DNA of 62,252 nt, taken from positions 1 through 62,252 of the forward strand of contig CAWJBB010000032.1 of NCBI GenBank assembly GCA_963840855.1, read 5' to 3'. A model generated the notes under the pieces. That model had not been told where the DNA came from and made no database searches. It saw nothing but the letters and a program-made list of their open reading frames with translations. Made by a program: the position numbers and the translations under genes. Positions 60,275 through 62,252 of the stretch are shown here, one piece after another (the stretch's first letter is position 1; the number at the start of each line of letters is the position of its first letter). This stretch comes from an uncultured delta proteobacterium. GTDB lineage: Bacteria; Desulfobacterota; Binatia; UBA9968.

Positions 60275-60424
60275 ATGGGCCTGATACTGTTGATCGTATT
60301 AGTTCTGTTTCTGGTGGGAGGTTTGCCCAACTGGGGTTATCACAAACTTGGCTTTGCGCCCTCGGGTATCGCCGGTGTGGTGCTGCTGGTCGTTGTCGTC
60401 TTGCTCTTGACCGGCCGGCTCTAG
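60275..60424 (+). CDS. DUF3309-like small membrane protein, second paralog (not in ORF track)
   Basis: GGLPNWGYHKLGFAPSG...LLTGRL. Confidence 0.85.
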   Translation: MGLILLIVLVLFLVGGLPNWGYHKLGFAPSGIAGVVLLVVVVLLLTGRL

Positions 60425-60605
60425 CGGGTTCAAACATACGCATAAGGTAAACCAATAGCAAGATTAACCAGCTGGAGGATGATTTCAAAGCGGAGAGAAT
60501 ACGACGCCCGTAAGTCGGAGTTAGAGAAAAGTTCCATCATCTATTAGGAGACATTAGAGCACCGGAGATTGGGCTCAGCGCCATAATTAGTGAGAAACGC
60601 GACCC

Positions 60606-61286
60606 ATGATTCAGCAGACTCCCGAAGCGGAACGGTTCAAACAGCAAATGCGTGATTCGTTGCGGCACGAGACGGTGAACTCTCGAGCTGTGACGATCCC
60701 GCGGCACGCGAATGTTTACACCTGCGGCGACCAGGACGAGATGGTCTATTTCATTGAGACCGGCCAGATCAAACTGCTCATGCTATCGTCCGAAGGTAAA
60801 GAATGTCTGCTGGCCATCCATGGCAGCGGAGATATTTTCGGCGAGCTGTGCTTAGCCGGGTTAGGAGCGCGTCACGAGACCGCGGCGGCAATGAGAGAAA
60901 CAATCATTAAACAAATACCCTGCGCTCAGTTCTTTGCGCGTTTAAGCCGCGACTCGCTGTCTGAGGGCTTCGTGCGCTATCTGGCCGTGCGTATCGCCGA
61001 CCAACAGCAGGTCATCGCCAATCTGGTGACGGTGGATAGCGAACAGCGGCTGGGCCAGACGCTGTTGCAGCTAGCCCGCACAATGGGCAAGAAGGATCCT
61101 CGCAGCATTCGCATCGAGCTGAAGATTTCCCATGAAGAATTGTCCGCGATGGTGGGCACGACGCGACCAAGGATCAGCTTGTTTATGCAGCGCTTCCACA
61201 ACCTCGGGCTGATCGAGACGAATAGAGATCGCTTTCTCATCATCAAAGAAAACAAGCTCAGCGATTACCTCACTCAGATTGCCTGA
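60606..61286 (+). CDS. Crp/Fnr family transcriptional regulator, third more diverged paralog
   Basis: same recognition helix VGTTRPRISLF; cNMP domain. Confidence 0.93.
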   Translation: MIQQTPEAERFKQQMRDSLRHETVNSRAVTIPRHANVYTCGDQDEMVYFIETGQIKLLMLSSEGKECLLAIHGSGDIFGELCLAGLGARHETAAAMRETIIKQIPCAQFFARLSRDSLSEGFVRYLAVRIADQQQVIANLVTVDSEQRLGQTLLQLARTMGKKDPRSIRIELKISHEELSAMVGTTRPRISLFMQRFHNLGLIETNRDRFLIIKENKLSDYLTQIA

Positions 61287-61374
61287 GGCGACGGCGCGCC
61301 GAGCGTTCTCCTCCTTTCTACTAACGGGCCAAAACAAGTATTGAAAAATCCAGCTCTTTCTTCGTGACGATGTG

Positions 61375-61390
61375 TGGCACAAGAGTTGCC
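61375..61390 (+). promoter_or_regulatory. sigma54 promoter TGGCACAAGAGTTGCC
   Basis: consensus TGGCAC-N5-TTGC. Confidence 0.78.
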
Positions 61391-61431
61391 ATAAAAAATT
61401 TAGCAAAATAGAATCTACTGGAAAAAAAGTT

Positions 61432-62252
61432 ATGAAGAGTTCGAAATTTGTAAGACCGATTATCACCGCAGCGGGCATCTTGGCGCTGTCCGGTGTAGCC
61501 ATAGCTCAAAGGGAAGGTGATGCGAGAAGTTGGATGGGTGGCATGAGCCATGAACTCGTGGCCAGCGCAAATTGTCCCCAGCTCCAGGTTGCGAAGGAGA
61601 AAATAACCGAGGACCAGGCGCGGGATTTGGCCCAACAGTATGCGGACAAAAACCTTCCAGGCTTCAAGGTAGAGAGACCGCTTATCTCATGGTTCGACGA
61701 TGAAGGTGTTCCAGCGAGCGGGACGGCTTATGGCGGCGGGTATAAGACAGTGTGCTACAAGATAGACAGCCCCACCACCGGAAAGTATCAATCCATCTAT
61801 TCGGTGGAGTATTCCATCGACGCGAAAAATTCAGCGGCTGAGACCCGCAACCTTCGCGTTGATCAGTTCGGCTACGTCACGGAGTTCAGCGGCCCCTTTG
61901 GCGTAGCGGGCGAACGCGGCCCAGCAGGATCCAGCCGGCCCCGCAGGCGCGCAAGGTACATCCGGATCGGTAGGCCCCCAGGCCCAGGCAGATGCGGCAA
62001 AGCAGTGGTCCTCGTTCAAGGACTTCCTGTTTGATACCGACAAGTCGGACATCAGGTCTAACGAGACGAGCAAGGTCTCGGAGATCTCGGCCTACATGAA
62101 AGAGAATCCGTCCGTCCAGGTCGGAATCGACGGCTTTGCGGATCCGCGCGGCACCAACCCGCACAACCAAGGCCTGAGCGAACGTCGTGTAAACGCCATT
62201 CGTGACGCGCTGGTTAAGGCTGGAGTGCCGGGTGACAAGATCAAGACGGGCG
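61432..62252 (+). CDS. secreted protein with collagen-like linker and OmpA-C peptidoglycan-binding domain (+1 frameshift near 61930; runs off the window)
   Basis: signal peptide; G-X-Y repeats; shifted frame reads FLFDTDKSDI...IDGFADPRGTNPHNQGLSERRVNAIRDAL. Confidence 0.8.

Overview
Bacterial, GC-rich window. The expanded amidohydrolase, Bug/Tct and ABC_sub_bind families suggest a Candidatus Binatia-like deltaproteobacterium (inference). It has three parts. (1) 1-15.5 kb is catabolic and transport: 3-hydroxyanthranilate dioxygenase, a TPP enzyme, two amidohydrolases, TctCBA with a CoA-transferase and a citryl-CoA-lyase-like enzyme, ending at tRNA-Pro(GGG). (2) 15.9-62.2 kb looks like a general-stress accessory region: GT4/GH130/phosphomannomutase, CarD, NfeD-FloA, three Crp/Fnr paralogs, a ~6.8-kb tandem duplication (Crp, desaturase, orphan nuoB, FtsH), entericidin, BON, DUF3309, SodA and an OmpA-domain protein. 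Two repeated cis-codes tie this region together. One is a 16-bp palindrome, YGTYCAATATTRGACA (10 copies), at class-II Crp spacing from an unusual G(C/G)G(C/T)AnnnT -10. The other is a set of sigma54 promoters, three of which carry a paired CGACC-N4-GGTCG enhancer 110-111 bp upstream. (3) 26.85-37.3 kb, inside part 2, is an array of ABC substrate-binding paralogs and fragments with repeated linkers and intercalated cargo: TA modules, an AAA ATPase, an IS605-type MITE, and a 1.75-kb element whose protein has Rep_trans-like rolling-circle motifs. Several single-base +1 frameshifts may be sequencing errors. All calls come from reading the sequence; no database searches were run.
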